From Eukaryota sp. GEM-RC1 (taxonomy: Eukaryota), in contig JAUFOQ010000010.1 of assembly GCA_040285855.1 (NCBI GenBank), positions 1,860,001 through 1,924,000 on the forward strand: a stretch of DNA of 64,000 bases, in the 5' to 3' direction. Below are positions 13,459 to 26,149 of the stretch, piece after piece (position 1 is the first letter of the stretch; every line of letters starts with the position of its first letter). Both the position numbers and the translations under genes were made by a program. Below the pieces are notes generated by a model. The model saw only the letters and a program-made list of their open reading frames with translations. It was not told the DNA's origin and did not search any database.

Positions 13459-14675
13459 TCATTTAATTTCTTGGTACAAGAACAAATACCAAAAGGTTCG
13501 CAATTTAGAATCACTGAATTACTGGAAAAGAAGAAGGTGGAATTAGATATTTCTGACACTATTGATCCTTTAAACAGACGAGGATTGTTGTAAGAGGAAT
13601 GTTGTGGATAGATGGTTTTTATGGAAGCTATGTTCTGGGAAGCTCGATTTCTCGATTTTCGAGAGCGTTTTGTTTGTGTCAAGGTGCTTATTTTAGATGC
13701 CGGAACTGTTTTTTAACATAAGTATGGAATTTATGAAGGTTAGGTCAAAACACACGTTTCATCCTGAGTGGGTGACGTGATTTCCGGTATGACACGTGGG
13801 GGTAGAGTAACCGAAAACTAACGTTGTTTCAATTAGAATCTAAGAATTAATGTATATTAATACAATTACACCACAGCAGCATTATAGAAATTAACTTTAG
13901 ATGGTGGTTTTAAAAAGCCTCAAATTTAAAGAATTCTGAAGGAACTATTTTACTGTTATATTCTCTTAAATATTCTGTTTAAAGACCCAAAATTAAGTAT
14001 AATAGATAACAGATGAAATGCTACCAATCTGATCTTGTATACAGTTAATTTACCTCTGACTTTCAAATTGAATGACTTAAATGAGTTCATTGTGTTTCAT
14101 CATAATTAGATAGTGTTTATGTTTGATCTTTTAGGAATTCTATTGTTAATTTATTTATTCATTGAACGAAGTAATTTTGCTCATTATTAATTTGGTAATT
14201 TATACTATTACATGGTTCTGAAAATCTAAGTTCACCACCCACATTGTTTATGTTCATCATTTTTTTCAACTTTTCTTCAAGAAGTATGGTCTAACCAATA
14301 TTGATTCATTTTTTGAGTTCCTGGATATACTCTTTTTTTAATTGTCTTCTATCGTAAAGATCTGAAGATATTTAACTGTATTAAACTCATTTATCTTCCG
14401 TTTAACGAATTATTTCAGCTAAATTTAAAATTTTTCTAGATTATCAGTTTCTTATTTGATTCGGAGGGTGATTCGTATCAGACATATGATCACGTTCTAT
14501 CCCGACTCTATATTTCTGATCAATAGTAGTAGCTGGATTCAAAACCTCTGATCACATACATGGAATGAAACAGTCAAGTAACTCACTACTCACCATGGAG
14601 TAAAGGGACCTATTGAATCTAATTGTGTTAAAAACAACAACTAAAGTGAACTTTGATACAAACTTTCTCTCAGAC

Positions 14676-17600
14676 ATGACTTCTAGCAACATCAAAGTTG
14701 CGGTCAGGGTTCGACCTCTTGTTGGTACAGAACAAAATCGTGTATGGAATACCAATAGTGCTGTGATCTCTGCAGATTCCTTTAATCTCTTGTATCAGTT
14801 CGATCATGTCTTTGATGAATCCAGCTCTAACTCTCATCTTTACAACTCTGTTGCCTCTCCCATTGTTCTTGATGCTATTAATGGTTTTCATGGAACCATC
14901 TTTGCTTATGGCCAGACTTCCTCAGGTAAAACTCATACAATGATCGGGAGTGAACCTGATCCTGGTATCGTATATCGAGCTTTACTTCACATCTTTGATC
15001 ACATTGAATCTTCTCCTGAACGTCGCTTCCTTTGCCGTGTCTCCTTCATTGAAATCTATAATGAAGATGTCTTTGATCTCCTAGAACCCAAGAATAGCCC
15101 TTATATTCGTACTGATCCTCAGAACAAGAGTGTTATTCTCTGTAATGTTCTAGAATATGTCGTAATGTCAGTTGAAGAAGCATTAGAACAACTTGAGAAG
15201 GGTAATCAACGAAGACACGTGGGAGTTACCTAGAATGAATGACAGGTCCTCACGTTCACATGCAATTTTTAGAATTATTCTTGAATCCAAGGATAATTTG
15301 AAAGATAGTGATGGAGCTGTAAGAATTTCTCACTTGAATTTGGTTGATTTAGCTGGATCTGAAAGAGCCTCTCAAACAGGAGCAAAAGGAACTCAATTAA
15401 GGGAAGCTTCGAATATTAACAAAAGTTTACTTTACTTGGGAACTTTAATTGCTAAATTACAGTCTAATCCAAATGCTCATATTAATTACAGAGATTCTAA
15501 ACTTACACACGTGTTGATGAATGCTCTGGGTGGAAATTCCCGTACGGCAGTTATATGTTGTATTAATGCTGCTTATCACCACTTTGAAGTAAGTAGAACA
15601 ACTCTAGAGTTTGCTACTAGAGCAAAGAATGTCAAGAATAAGGCTAAAGTTAATGAAGTTTTAGATGATAGAGCTTTACTCAAGAAGTATGAAAAGGATA
15701 TTAAACAGTTAAAAGAAAAGAATTTACAATTAATGTTGAATCAACGTACTTTTGAAGGAAAGAAGCCAAAGAAGGAGTTCAACCGTCGTTTAACTTGGTT
15801 TCCAGGACTTACCTCTAATATTTCTATTGAATCTCCAACAAGACCTGTTCCCAAGCCTAAGAACGTTTTAGATTTTACTTCTTTTGTTGAACCATTGAGT
15901 TCTACTCTTGGTGCTTTTGATGACTTCAAGCCTAAGTCTGAGAGCACTAGTAAGTTACTTGAAAAGGACAGGTTAATTAGTGAGTTGACAATGGAATTGG
16001 AAAAGTTCAAGGATCAAGTATCTACTCTAGAAAGTGATAAATTCTTTGTTGAAACGGAATTAAAGGAGAAGGAAGTAATTAATACTGAATTGTCCAGTGA
16101 AATCCAAGCTTTCAAGAATTCTGCTAACGAGGAAATCGATTCTAAATTACAGGAACTTGTCGCCTTGACTTCAACTCTCGAGTCTCAACTAAAAGAGAAG
16201 GAAGTAATTAATACTGAATTGTCCAGTGAAATCCAAGCTTTGAAGAATTCTACTAACGAGGAAATCGATTCTAAATTACAGGAACTTGTCGCTTTAAATT
16301 CAACTCTCGAGTCTCAACTAAAAGAGAAGGAAGTAATTAATACTGAATTGTCCCGTGAAATCCAAGCTTTCAAGAATTCTGCTAACGAGGAAATCGATTC
16401 TAAATTACAGGAACTTGTCGCTTTAAATTCAACTCTCGAGTCTCAACTAAAAGAGAAGGAAGTAATTAACACTGAATTGTCCAGTGAAATCCAAGCTTTG
16501 AAGAATTCTACTAACGAGGAAATCGATTCTAAATTACAAGAACTTGTCGCCTTGACTTCAACTCTCGAGTCTGAACTAAAAAAGAAGGAATTAATTAATA
16601 CTGAATTGTCCAGTGAAATCCAAGCTTTCAAGAATTCTGCTAACGAGGAAATCGATTCTAAATTACAGGAACTTGTCGCTTTAAATTCAACTCTCGAGTC
16701 TGAACTAAAAAGAAGGAATTAATTAATACTGAATTGTCCCGTGAAATCCAAGCTTTGAAGAATTCTACTAACGAGGAAATCGATTCTAAATTACAGGAAC
16801 TTGTCGCTTTAAATTCAACTCTCGAGTCTGAACTAAAAAAGAAGGAAGTAATTAATGCTGAATTGTCCAGTGAAATCCAAGCTTTGAAGAATTCTACTAA
16901 CGAGGAAATCGATTCTAAATTACAGGAACTTGTCGCTTTAAATTCAACTCTCGAGTCTCAACTAAAAGAGAAGGAATTAATTAATAGTGAATTGTCCAGT
17001 GAAATTCAAGCTTTCAAGAATTCTGCTAACGAGGAAATCGATTCTAAATTACAAGAACTTGTGGCCTTGACTTCAACTCTCGAGTCTCAACTAAAAGAGA
17101 AGGAAGTAGTTAATACTGAATTGTCCAGTGAAATCCAAGCTTTGAAGAATTCTACTAACGAGGAAATCGATTCTAAATTACAGGAACTTGTCGCTTTAAA
17201 TTCAACTCTCGAGTCTCAACTAAAAGAGAAGGAATTAATTAATAGTGAATTGTCCAGTGAAATTCAAGCTTTCAAGAATTCTGCTAACGAGGAAATCGAT
17301 TCTAAATTACAAGAACTTGTCGCCTTGACTTCAACTCTCGAGTCTCAACTAAAAGAGAAGGAAGTAATTAATACTGAATTGTCCAGTGAAATCCAAGCTT
17401 TGAAGAATTCTACTAACGAGGAAATCGATTCTAAATTACAGGAACTTGTCGCTTTAAATACAACTCTCGAGTCTCAACTAAAAGAGAAGGAAGTAATTAA
17501 CACTGAATTGTCCAGTGAAATCCAAGCTTTGAAGAATTCTACTAACGAGGAAATCGATTCTAAATTACAAGAACTTGTCGCCTTGACTTCAACTCTCGAG

Positions 17601-18839
17601 TCTGAACTAAAAAGAAGGAATTAATTAATACTGAATTGTCCCGTGAAATCCAAGCTTTGAAGAATTCTACTAACGAGGAAATCGATTCTAAATTACAGGA
17701 ACTTGTCGCTTTAAATTCAACTCTCGAGTCTGAACTAAAAAGAAGGAAGTAATTAATACTGAATTCTCCAGTGAAATCCAAGCTTTGAAGAATTCTACTA
17801 ACGAGGAAATCGATTCTAAATTACAGGAACTTGTCGCTTTAAATTCAACTCTCGAGTCTGAACTAAAAAGAAGGAAGTAATTAATACTGAATTCTCCAGT
17901 GAAATCCAAGCTTTGAAGAATTCTACTAACGAGGAAATCGATTCTAAATTACAGGAACTTGTCGCTTTAAATTCAACTCTCGAGTCTGAACTAAAAAAGA
18001 AGGAAGTAATTAATACTGAATTGTCCCGTGAAATCCAAGCTTTCAAGAATTCTGCTAACGAGGAAATCGATTCTAAATTACAAGAACTTGTCGCTTTAAA
18101 TTCAACGCTCGAGTCTCAACTAAAAGAGAAGGAAGTAATTAATACTGAATTGTCCAGTGAAATCCAAGTTTTGAAGAATTCTACTAACGAGGAAATCGAT
18201 TCTAAATTACAGGAACTTGTCGCTTTAAATTCAACTCTCGAGTCTCAACTAAAAGAGAAGGAAGTAATTAATACTGAATTGTCCAGTGAAATCCAAGCTT
18301 TGAAGAATACTTATGAGGAAATCGATTCTAAATTACAGGAACTTGTCACTTTAAATTCAATTCTCGAGTCTCAACTAAAAGAGAAGGAAGTAATTAATAC
18401 TGAATTGTCCAGTGAAATCGAAGCTTTGAAGAATTCTACTAACGAGGAAATCGATTCTAAATTACAGGAACTTGTCGCTTTAAATTCAACTCTCGAGTCT
18501 CAACTAAAAGAGAAGGAAGTAATTAATACTGAATTGTCCAGTGAAATCCAAGCTTTGAAGAATTCTACTAACGAGGAAATCGATTCTAAGTTACAGGAAC
18601 TTGTCGCTTTAAATTCAACTCTCGACACTCAATTAAATGATGCTTTATCTCAAATTAAGTTACTTCAAGTGAAACTTGAATTGGAGCAATATTTTAGAAG
18701 ATCTCATTTTGAAAAGAATAACATTGTGTTGAATAAGTATTTTGTCGATGCTAAAAAGACAACACTACAAAAAAAGAGACGAAAGTGTGGAATGTGTGGT
18801 GGCGAAAACCATGACAGGAGAAATTGTCCATCCACGTAG
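14676..18839 (+). CDS. Kinesin-7 (CENP-E-like) copy B: motor, about 20 x 43-aa repeats, CCHC knuckle; several frameshifts
   Basis: Motor motifs as in copy A. Extra C near 15230. Single-A losses in CTAAAAAAGAAG runs near 16710, 17610, 17740 and 17868. Tail RRKCGMCGGENHDRRNCPST*. Confidence 0.8.
16060..18630 (+). repeat. Coding tandem repeat, 129-bp unit x about 20
   Basis: Highly homogeneous copies of the kinesin stalk unit. Confidence 0.95.
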
Positions 18840-19622
18840 CTTTGCATCCATCAAAAGGAAATATTTTATAGAATAATTGGTCTAGATATCCATGCGGATT
18901 AATTCGTTTCTATACCAAAACAAACTGTTGTCGTATTTTTTTATGAACTTTGTTTCTCATACAATTCTGGATGTTGAATATTTTTAGGAATGTCTGTAGA
19001 AACCTATGTTGAAAATGATACTACTAGTAGTAGATTTTTGGGCTTATAATTTTGTTTTGATTTAAATGTGTTGTTCAAATTCGGACGTCCGCAATTTGAT
19101 GAGAACAAAAAGTAATTTTCGAAGTAATATTTTTTATGTACTACTACTAGTTGTTTTTGACAATCTCAGTTTGCCGCCCAAATTGTTCCATTATATTTTC
19201 AAACTCTTTTTAAGAAGTAAAACGAGTGCTGAGTCACTGTATTTCAGAGTCCATTGATGTTCTATGTTCTACCTAAAATCTTAAAATATTTGAATGTACT
19301 AAACTCATTTATTATTGCTTTACGTATCATGATTTTAGCTATGTTTTCCTTCATTATCAGTTTCTTAATTGCTTCGTACTATATCAAACAAATGCCTCCG
19401 TTTCACCTTGACATTAGCTTAGCATTGCAAACTATTTGATTTCAAGGTTATGATATATCTATCACCGCTTCATGATCTATATTTTATTGTATACTAATTT
19501 ATATTCAATTTCTGTCAGAAAAAAAGTTCTAGAAACATCAAAGTTGTCGTACGAGTATGATCTCTTATAGTTACCCATTGTTACATGTATTATTTCTACT
19601 GAAATTTCCCTAATAAATAATT

Positions 19623-20730
19623 GGGGCTTCGACCAAAAATGCCAATTCTCACAACATTGAACTTCATAAATATCACTTTTCCAACACAACACTTCATAAA
19701 TATCACTTTCTGTTTCTTCGCTTTAACTTGTTCTCTGGTGTTCTACTTGACCTTCATGGCATAGTTCTTGTATGATCTGCAAATGAATAAAGTATCAATG
19801 AAGACTTTTTTATATTGCTCATCTACATGTCAGTATCTACATATCAGTGCTATCTTCTGAAGAGAGAAAGACATCTTCTGGACACCAATCAGTATCGTCA
19901 CTCTCATTGGAGACAGAAAACGACGCCTCCACAGCGTCAGATGTTGACCACAAGTCATTGGCCTCCCAGTGATCTTTTTGTGTCGCTTCAGGTTGTTTAG
20001 CGTCTTTTAACAATCGTTTTCTGTTTAGCTCGTAGTCTCCGTGGTCTTCCACATCTTTTCTTGACGTCTGGTGGGGTTGGCTTGGGAAAATGAGCAACAT
20101 CTTGCCACTGATTCTTTGAAGGTATAGGCATAATAGCCTGGCTGTAAGTTCTAACATAGTTCTCAACATGGTATACTTGTTCTACACCCTTGATAGGTGC
20201 AATTTGGCATTTGTGATATGCGGCAAGTGCATGTGCACATGTTTTTACGGTTCTTTGCCATTCCCGGCATGAACATTGTCGTTCATCAATACTTACTAAG
20301 TGAACATCACTTCCACTATCAACTTCAGCTATTACACATTCAAAATTGTGACGTAAACTAACAGGTAGTTTCAGAGCTTGCAAGATCACCAGTACATCTA
20401 TGATCTGTGTATTGTCTCACAACATTAAGTTCAGAGGGAGACTTTATTGATGCACATAAATCAAATAAGCATCCAAGACGCCTACAGCACAGTGTGAGAT
20501 GTTTCTTATCACTTCTCATTCTTATCAGTGGTCGTCTACTCTGTGTTTCATAAAGTTGCATGGTATTTCGCAGAATTTGGATAGAAACATACATGTCACC
20601 CTCGTTAAAAGTGATTGTGTTGGATGTGTTATCATTAAAAGTAGAAGTTAAGTTAGAAGTATGCATTAAATGTAAAAGTGATATTTGTTATGATGGATGT
20701 TCTGAGAATTGGCATTTAGGTCGATTTCCC
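19623..20730 (-). mobile_element. Non-autonomous Mutator-like element (MULE) with an internally deleted transposase
   Basis: Imperfect ~60-bp TIRs (GGG..TCGACC.AAATGCCAATTCTCA.AACAT...AAATATCACTTTT). 9-bp TSD TAAATAATT at 19614-19622 and 20731-20739. MuDR N-terminal domain (20358-20666) abuts a SWIM finger (CSCREWQ...CAHAL...GRPRRLR); no DDE core. Confidence 0.88.
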
Positions 20731-20849
20731 TAAATAATTTCGTTTTCATGAGAGTCACATTCTGATGAAGTTTCCATGTCCTAAATGTTTCAATCTTGAC
20801 ATGTATCGTGTAAGAAATAACATTTATTGTTTGTCATTATCTAAAGATC

Positions 20850-21600
20850 TGTATTAATAAACAGTTTATTGATGGAGGGCACAAAAATACATATCATGAT
20901 AAAAGCTATGAAACACTAGACAGCGAAAATTCCTGGTCAACAGTACCACAGTTCTTATACAACTTTGTGAAAATTGATTTAAAAAACTTAGGCACCGAAC
21001 AGAACAAAGAAAAAAATCAAACGGTGATAACAAATTGATATGTTAAATCTCTTATTCAGAGATTTACACTTAGAACCAAAATCAGTTAAAAACTGAGAAG
21101 CCATTTCACCAATACTACCAAAAATAGAAATAGCAAATGGAATAAATATCTGTTGAATATAAATTTTTGATTGAGTTTAGCAACATCTTAGGTGATTAAA
21201 ACCTTTTGATTCATGCCATTAACATAAGTTTGAGCACATGGATCAACTGTTGTAACATCAAGGATAATTTGACTAGAATCAACAAAAGGACCATGTAAGT
21301 CACCTCGACGAGAATTATTAATTAAATCAAGACCCAACTTACTAAATAAAGGTTCAACTTTGGCATGAAATCCATGAGCTTTAAACATTTCAAATGTAAC
21401 ATCTCTTACAGCATTATGAAGAACTGAGCGAAATTGAATAAATTTGGGGCAATTAATTACATGTCTAAAAGTTGCAATGCGACGATGACTACAAACGCAT
21501 TCAGAATTGTCCAGCAATTCTGCAGGAAACAAACCTAAACGTATTAATTGTAACCCATATGTTAACAAAAGGACATCAATTAAAATGAATGCCATAGTTT
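20850..21600 (-). mobile_element. 5'-truncated RLE-type non-LTR retrotransposon fragment
   Basis: CxC...HVINC knuckle, LHNAVRD, RRGDLH...DVTTVD; homologous to 33553-34407. Ends are approximate. Confidence 0.8.
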
Positions 21601-21792
21601 ACCACATGTTAAAGCGCGTTTAAGAGATGGAATTTCAATCATCTGTTGTTGCGATACACTTTACACTAGATTTAGTGCACTCATTATAATACACACTATA
21701 TCCAAGGTAGACTATAGTATGATTTAGATATCGTGTGTGATACAGAAGTAGTATGTATCAAATGAATGTAACTGTATTTTACAATTTGTCAC

Positions 21793-24406
21793 CTAGAGTT
21801 GTACACAACCCACATTTTGTAAGGTATTATGAGTGTGACTAGTTGAAGTAGATTCACCTGTCCCAAAACTACCATATACATCCTGACCCCATCCAACTAC
21901 CCCACCATCTTCAGAACTAATACCAAGAGCATGTAAACCGTTACTTCCACAATGCATACTGCTCAAGTTTTCTATACCAGTGGATATCTTGGACGATGAA
22001 CTGCTGTGGGAGCCTAATAGTCCGGAGGTCGTGCCATCGCCTGCACCTACTGTTAGTACATATAATAACACAAACCTTCAACACTGCCATCAGATGTTAA
22101 AAAGAGAGTCACAATACTGCCAGTACCAACGATTGGATTTCTGGAGGTGGTAGTTACCGATTGCGCATAAGGTTTCCAAGATGTACTAAACATTAATGGA
22201 CCATCTGTGTTTCTGCCTACTGTAAATAAAGAACATTATACAAACCCCATGTAAATAGATAAGAATAATGCGAATAGTGTCGCAATGCTAGACTGTACTG
22301 AGCTCCTGCAAAAATGTCATCAATCGAATTCAAAGAACTAGTCGATGATTGAAGTACAGTAATGGATGAATCTCGGTCAATGTCGGTTCCATCACCCAAT
22401 TGGCCCCACCAGTTCCCTCCTCTTGACCTTATTATTCCTGTTGAACGTAGTACCAGAAGATGATCAAAACCTATCGCAACTTTGTTAACTGGCGTACTGT
22501 AAACTGTTCTTCGAGCGCTGGTTATTATACTCTCTGTCATACTCGAGATTTGATTCTTGTGATTATATCCCCACACACACATAGCAGTACCTTCACCAGA
22601 CAGAACTGCAGAACTATCAAACCCTGCATAGACATTGTCAATGGAGGCACTATTACACCATGCACGAATGTAAACAAAAGAGTACCTATTTGTTGTATCT
22701 CCAAGACCCAATTGACCTTGAGTTAGTTAAGTAATGAACAAACCACGGTAATTACCACCAGTACCCCACACCTCACCATTGTGAAGTAGAACTAGAGTGT
22801 GACTGGTCCCTGTTGATACAGATTTGACATTGTCCAAAGCAATAAAGGGAATTGATGTAGTGGTGGAAGCACCGATCTGACCTACATCTGACCAACCAAA
22901 CATGAACAGAGAACCAGTTGAGGACAACACGGCCGAAAAGTGATTTCCAGCAGCAGAGACTTGAGATACATCTGTAAACTGAGTATCTCTAAAGGACGCG
23001 GTTATTTCCAAAGTTTCAAGCAAAGATGCTCTTGACAAAGAAATCTTCCATTTACCATCAACAGACTCAGCATTGATCATGTAATGGTCATCTTCAACAA
23101 GTTGTTCAAGACGCTGCATAAGAGCTTGTCGTCGTTGATGGGATTGAGTGTAGGCAGAATCAGCAGAGATGCATTTAAACTTGTTATTTTCTTCGTGCTC
23201 AATTATTTGTTCCTTAAGTTCCAGTAAATCAGCTTGGATTTCATCCAAATCAACAACAACGAGAGGAACATTGAATGTATGACTCTTTGAAGCTTCTCCT
23301 CTTTCAACAGTGATTCTGAATTCATTGTCACGTAGATGGTCAACAGTGATGTCAAAGTCGTGAAAGTTCTTAAGCAAAAGTACGTAAGCAACGTGAGCTT
23401 TCAACGGGGTCTCAGAATCTGAATCTGTCACTTCCAGTTCAACAGTCTTTGATAGTTCTACCTTCAGCAAGTCAATGGCTTCAGTTACTGCTAAATCATT
23501 GGTATACAAGAATTCCACATCAAATACTTGACTTTCTTCATAATCATTCAAGGCCAGAGTTAGTCTAAATGAAATGAGATTTCGAACATGCGTAACAGTA
23601 ACGGAAATGTCGTCAGCGGTTTGAGCCAAGGCTATAACTGATTTCAATGTTTCGACAAAGTAGAGCTCAAGTTGAACAATCATTTCTGATTCAGTAAAAG
23701 GATTGATTGTGAACTGAAGAGAAGACATGTAAAGATCCTTGATTTCACTCATAACAAGAGAAACTTGGCCACGATCAGACAAGACATAGTGAAGATCCCT
23801 CAGAGTGACTCTGTCTTGAACAGAAAAACTTGTTGTTGTTCTTAGAGTAACAGTATAGCTTTTGGAGGTAGAACTGTAGCGAACAGTGACGTCGATATTG
23901 AGGTGGTCTAGTTTCGATTCGATAAAGTCCAAGACATCAGCAGTTTTGTCTTCTTGAGTGTGTGATGGAACAGGGATAGCACTACCTTCTAAGTTTGCGG
24001 TTATTCTGATGGCTTTCTTTAGTTCAGATCGGGAGGAAAAGATGGGAAGAACAATGAGAATTAACCCAAGGAGGATTAAAAGAGCCGTTGCAGAAGCAAC
24101 AGCAGGCCAGAACCAGGTTGAGTACTGCTTTACTTTGTCAGTGACTGACTTGGTATCATAGGGAGTGTACTTGGTCTCCTTTAGATTCGATTTCAGAGCG
24201 ATCATGTTCTGATGACCGTGCATGGCATGAGGCGGAGCAGGAGAAATCTGATTGTACGAAGGCAAGGAACTTGGAGCGTGATTATCGGTTGGGACAACAA
24301 TCTCTCCTGCAAACTGATGAAGATGAGTTTCATGATCTGGAATAAGTACATTATCGAAATTATGAACCTTTATATTCGGAGCGTTGGGACGATTGGACAA
24401 CTCCAT
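21793..24406 (-). CDS. Type II membrane protein with a repeated stalk and a C-terminal RCC1/BLIP-II beta-propeller; 4 exons, about 842 aa
   Basis: Exons 24406-22744, 22716-22246, 22216-22076, 22046-21793 total 2529 nt in frame. Splicing restores GGNYRGQLGLG, FTWGRNTDG and DGSVEGAG. TM segment ALLILLGLILIVLPIF. An alternative ATG lies at 24430. Confidence 0.85.
22047..22075 (-). other. 29-nt spliceosomal intron
   Basis: GTTTGTGTTATTATATGTACTAACAGTAG; removal restores the frame and an RCC1 motif. Confidence 0.85.
22217..22245 (-). other. 29-nt spliceosomal intron
   Basis: GTTTGTATAATGTTCTTTATTTACAGTAG; removal gives FTWGRNTDG. Confidence 0.85.
22717..22743 (-). other. 27-nt spliceosomal intron
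   Basis: GTTTGTTCATTACTTAACTAACTCAAG; contains an in-frame stop, and removal gives GGNYRGQLGLGD. Confidence 0.88.
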
Positions 24407-24902
24407 TGTTAGAATATGGCATTTGGACATTGGCACCCTGTGGGATGCCACTATCAGTGGAAGAACTGTGTTTCATATGTCGTTTTCAAAGTCAGATTGG
24501 AAAAGTAAAATTGTACAGGAATTTCTACTTCCCAGATGTTGTGATGTGGCACTTGTAGATCAACTTTAGACAAACCATTGACAATCCGTTCCTGTATTTG
24601 AACTCTCTGAACTAACCGATCTCACAGTCCAACTTTGAAAATGGAACTATATCTTATAGTGACTAAGTTCTTGTCGATGAAGCAAAATCACAAACTGTGA
24701 TTCACTTCCGTTTCGAACTTTTTATGAGGGCCTGCAGTAAAAGAAAGGGCTGTATAACATAATTTCACTGATATATGATGGAAACTCCCAGATTGGTCAA
24801 ACAACAATTACTGATTTGTTGTGAAAAAGTGTACATAGATTATCATTACATGTAATTTATCAGGACAAAGATACTACCGCTAGAAAACAGCAATACCCAA
24901 CA

Positions 24903-25650
24903 CTAAACACACAACTTCTGAGTGTCAAACTTGTCATTAGAAGAATCTAACGTCTTGTGCTCAAAGAAATACATCGTCTTAAAGATATTGTCAGGGCTAA
25001 ACTCACCTCTGGCAAGAAATGTCCTGTAATTATAATTGCCAATAACACAATAAACAGCGGTGACAGTGGATCCGGAATAGGAGATCTTTGCGATCGAAAG
25101 TTCACAATGTTCAAAAATATCTTGATGATCGTCATACGAGAGTGGCTCTGCATCAGTAGGTGGCAGTACAATATTTATGAAGTCAATAACATTTCTTCTT
25201 TGAGTAGCATCAAGATCTTTACCTCCACAGTGGTAATTCCCATCAAAGACTTCAGATCTGACATACTCTGCACCAATGTCGACGATTTCTGTAATGTAAT
25301 GGCCATGTTCATCAGGAAACGTATGGTGGTACAGAATCATATCATCAGAGTCGACAGCGAAAAACTGATCCCCATATTCGAAGGCAACTTGTCGGTGGAC
25401 ACCATCTTGCCATTCGAGGCCGAAGACTACAACCAACACAATAAGTAGTACAAAAATGAGGCAAAGGGTACAACACGTTAGGTAGCAACAACCACAACAT
25501 TTGAGACAAGAATCAAATAAGGAAGAACGTTCATAAACAGGAGTTGCTCCAGGAGCTGCTTGCTCTTGGTATGACTGAAATTAGCTCAATGAAATCAAGT
25601 CAAACAGGATGAGTTGGTGAAACACCAGGGTAGGACATGGGTGAATTCAT
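24903..25650 (-). CDS. Single-pass membrane protein with a Cys-rich juxtamembrane segment; 2 exons, 238 aa, unknown function
   Basis: Exon 1 25650-25606 and exon 2 25574-24903 read MNSPMSYPGVSPTHP|SYQEQ...CLKCCGCCYLTCCTLCLIFVLLIVLVVVFGLEW... Confidence 0.75.
25575..25605 (-). other. 31-nt spliceosomal intron
   Basis: GTTTGACTTGATTTCATTGAGCTAATTTCAG; links an upstream ATG exon to an ORF that has no ATG ahead of its TM helix. Confidence 0.8.
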
Positions 25651-26149
25651 TGGAAAAATTTATGGTTTTCAAGTGGAATGTACATGTACCCAGGACCTCT
25701 AGATCACGTCAGTCTTAAAAACACATCAGTTTTGAAATTGAATTTTTTCTCGAGTACAGTATGACTTTCGATTATGGTTAAAATCAACTCTACATTTACT
25801 ATCACCAACTGTGAATTATATCGAACACATCAACATAGATTTTATAAATTGACTTCTTTTTTTGACATTTAATTATAAGCCAAAACTATGATACAGTTGT
25901 TTATTAGGACTTTCTACTGGCTGCTCAATTGTGCTGCACCGTGTATAAGTGTCAACGACCCTAACCAAATGATTCTCCAAGGTCGATTCTGTAGTCCTGA
26001 AACAGAACCTTGATTAGTTGAAGTTAATTCCATCAGCTCATTGGTCTCACCAGTTTCTTCGTGGATTCTACTGTCTGACATGAACGTAAGGCAAAACGAT
26101 GATCAGAACCAAATCGCAACATTTGTTAATGTATCAATTGAGAACGTTC

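Larger units (their letters stand above)
6487..16082. repeat. Near-identical 4798-bp tandem duplication (kinesin tail, BTB-Sel1 gene, intergenic DNA, kinesin motor)
   Basis: ORFs recur at a constant offset: 7137/11935, 7234/12032, 9815/14613, 10395/15193. Confidence 0.93.

Noticed and set aside
16060..18630. Regular repeat array resembling CRISPR or satellite DNA
   Set aside because: Units are contiguous 129-bp in-frame coding repeats with no unique spacers, in a eukaryotic context.
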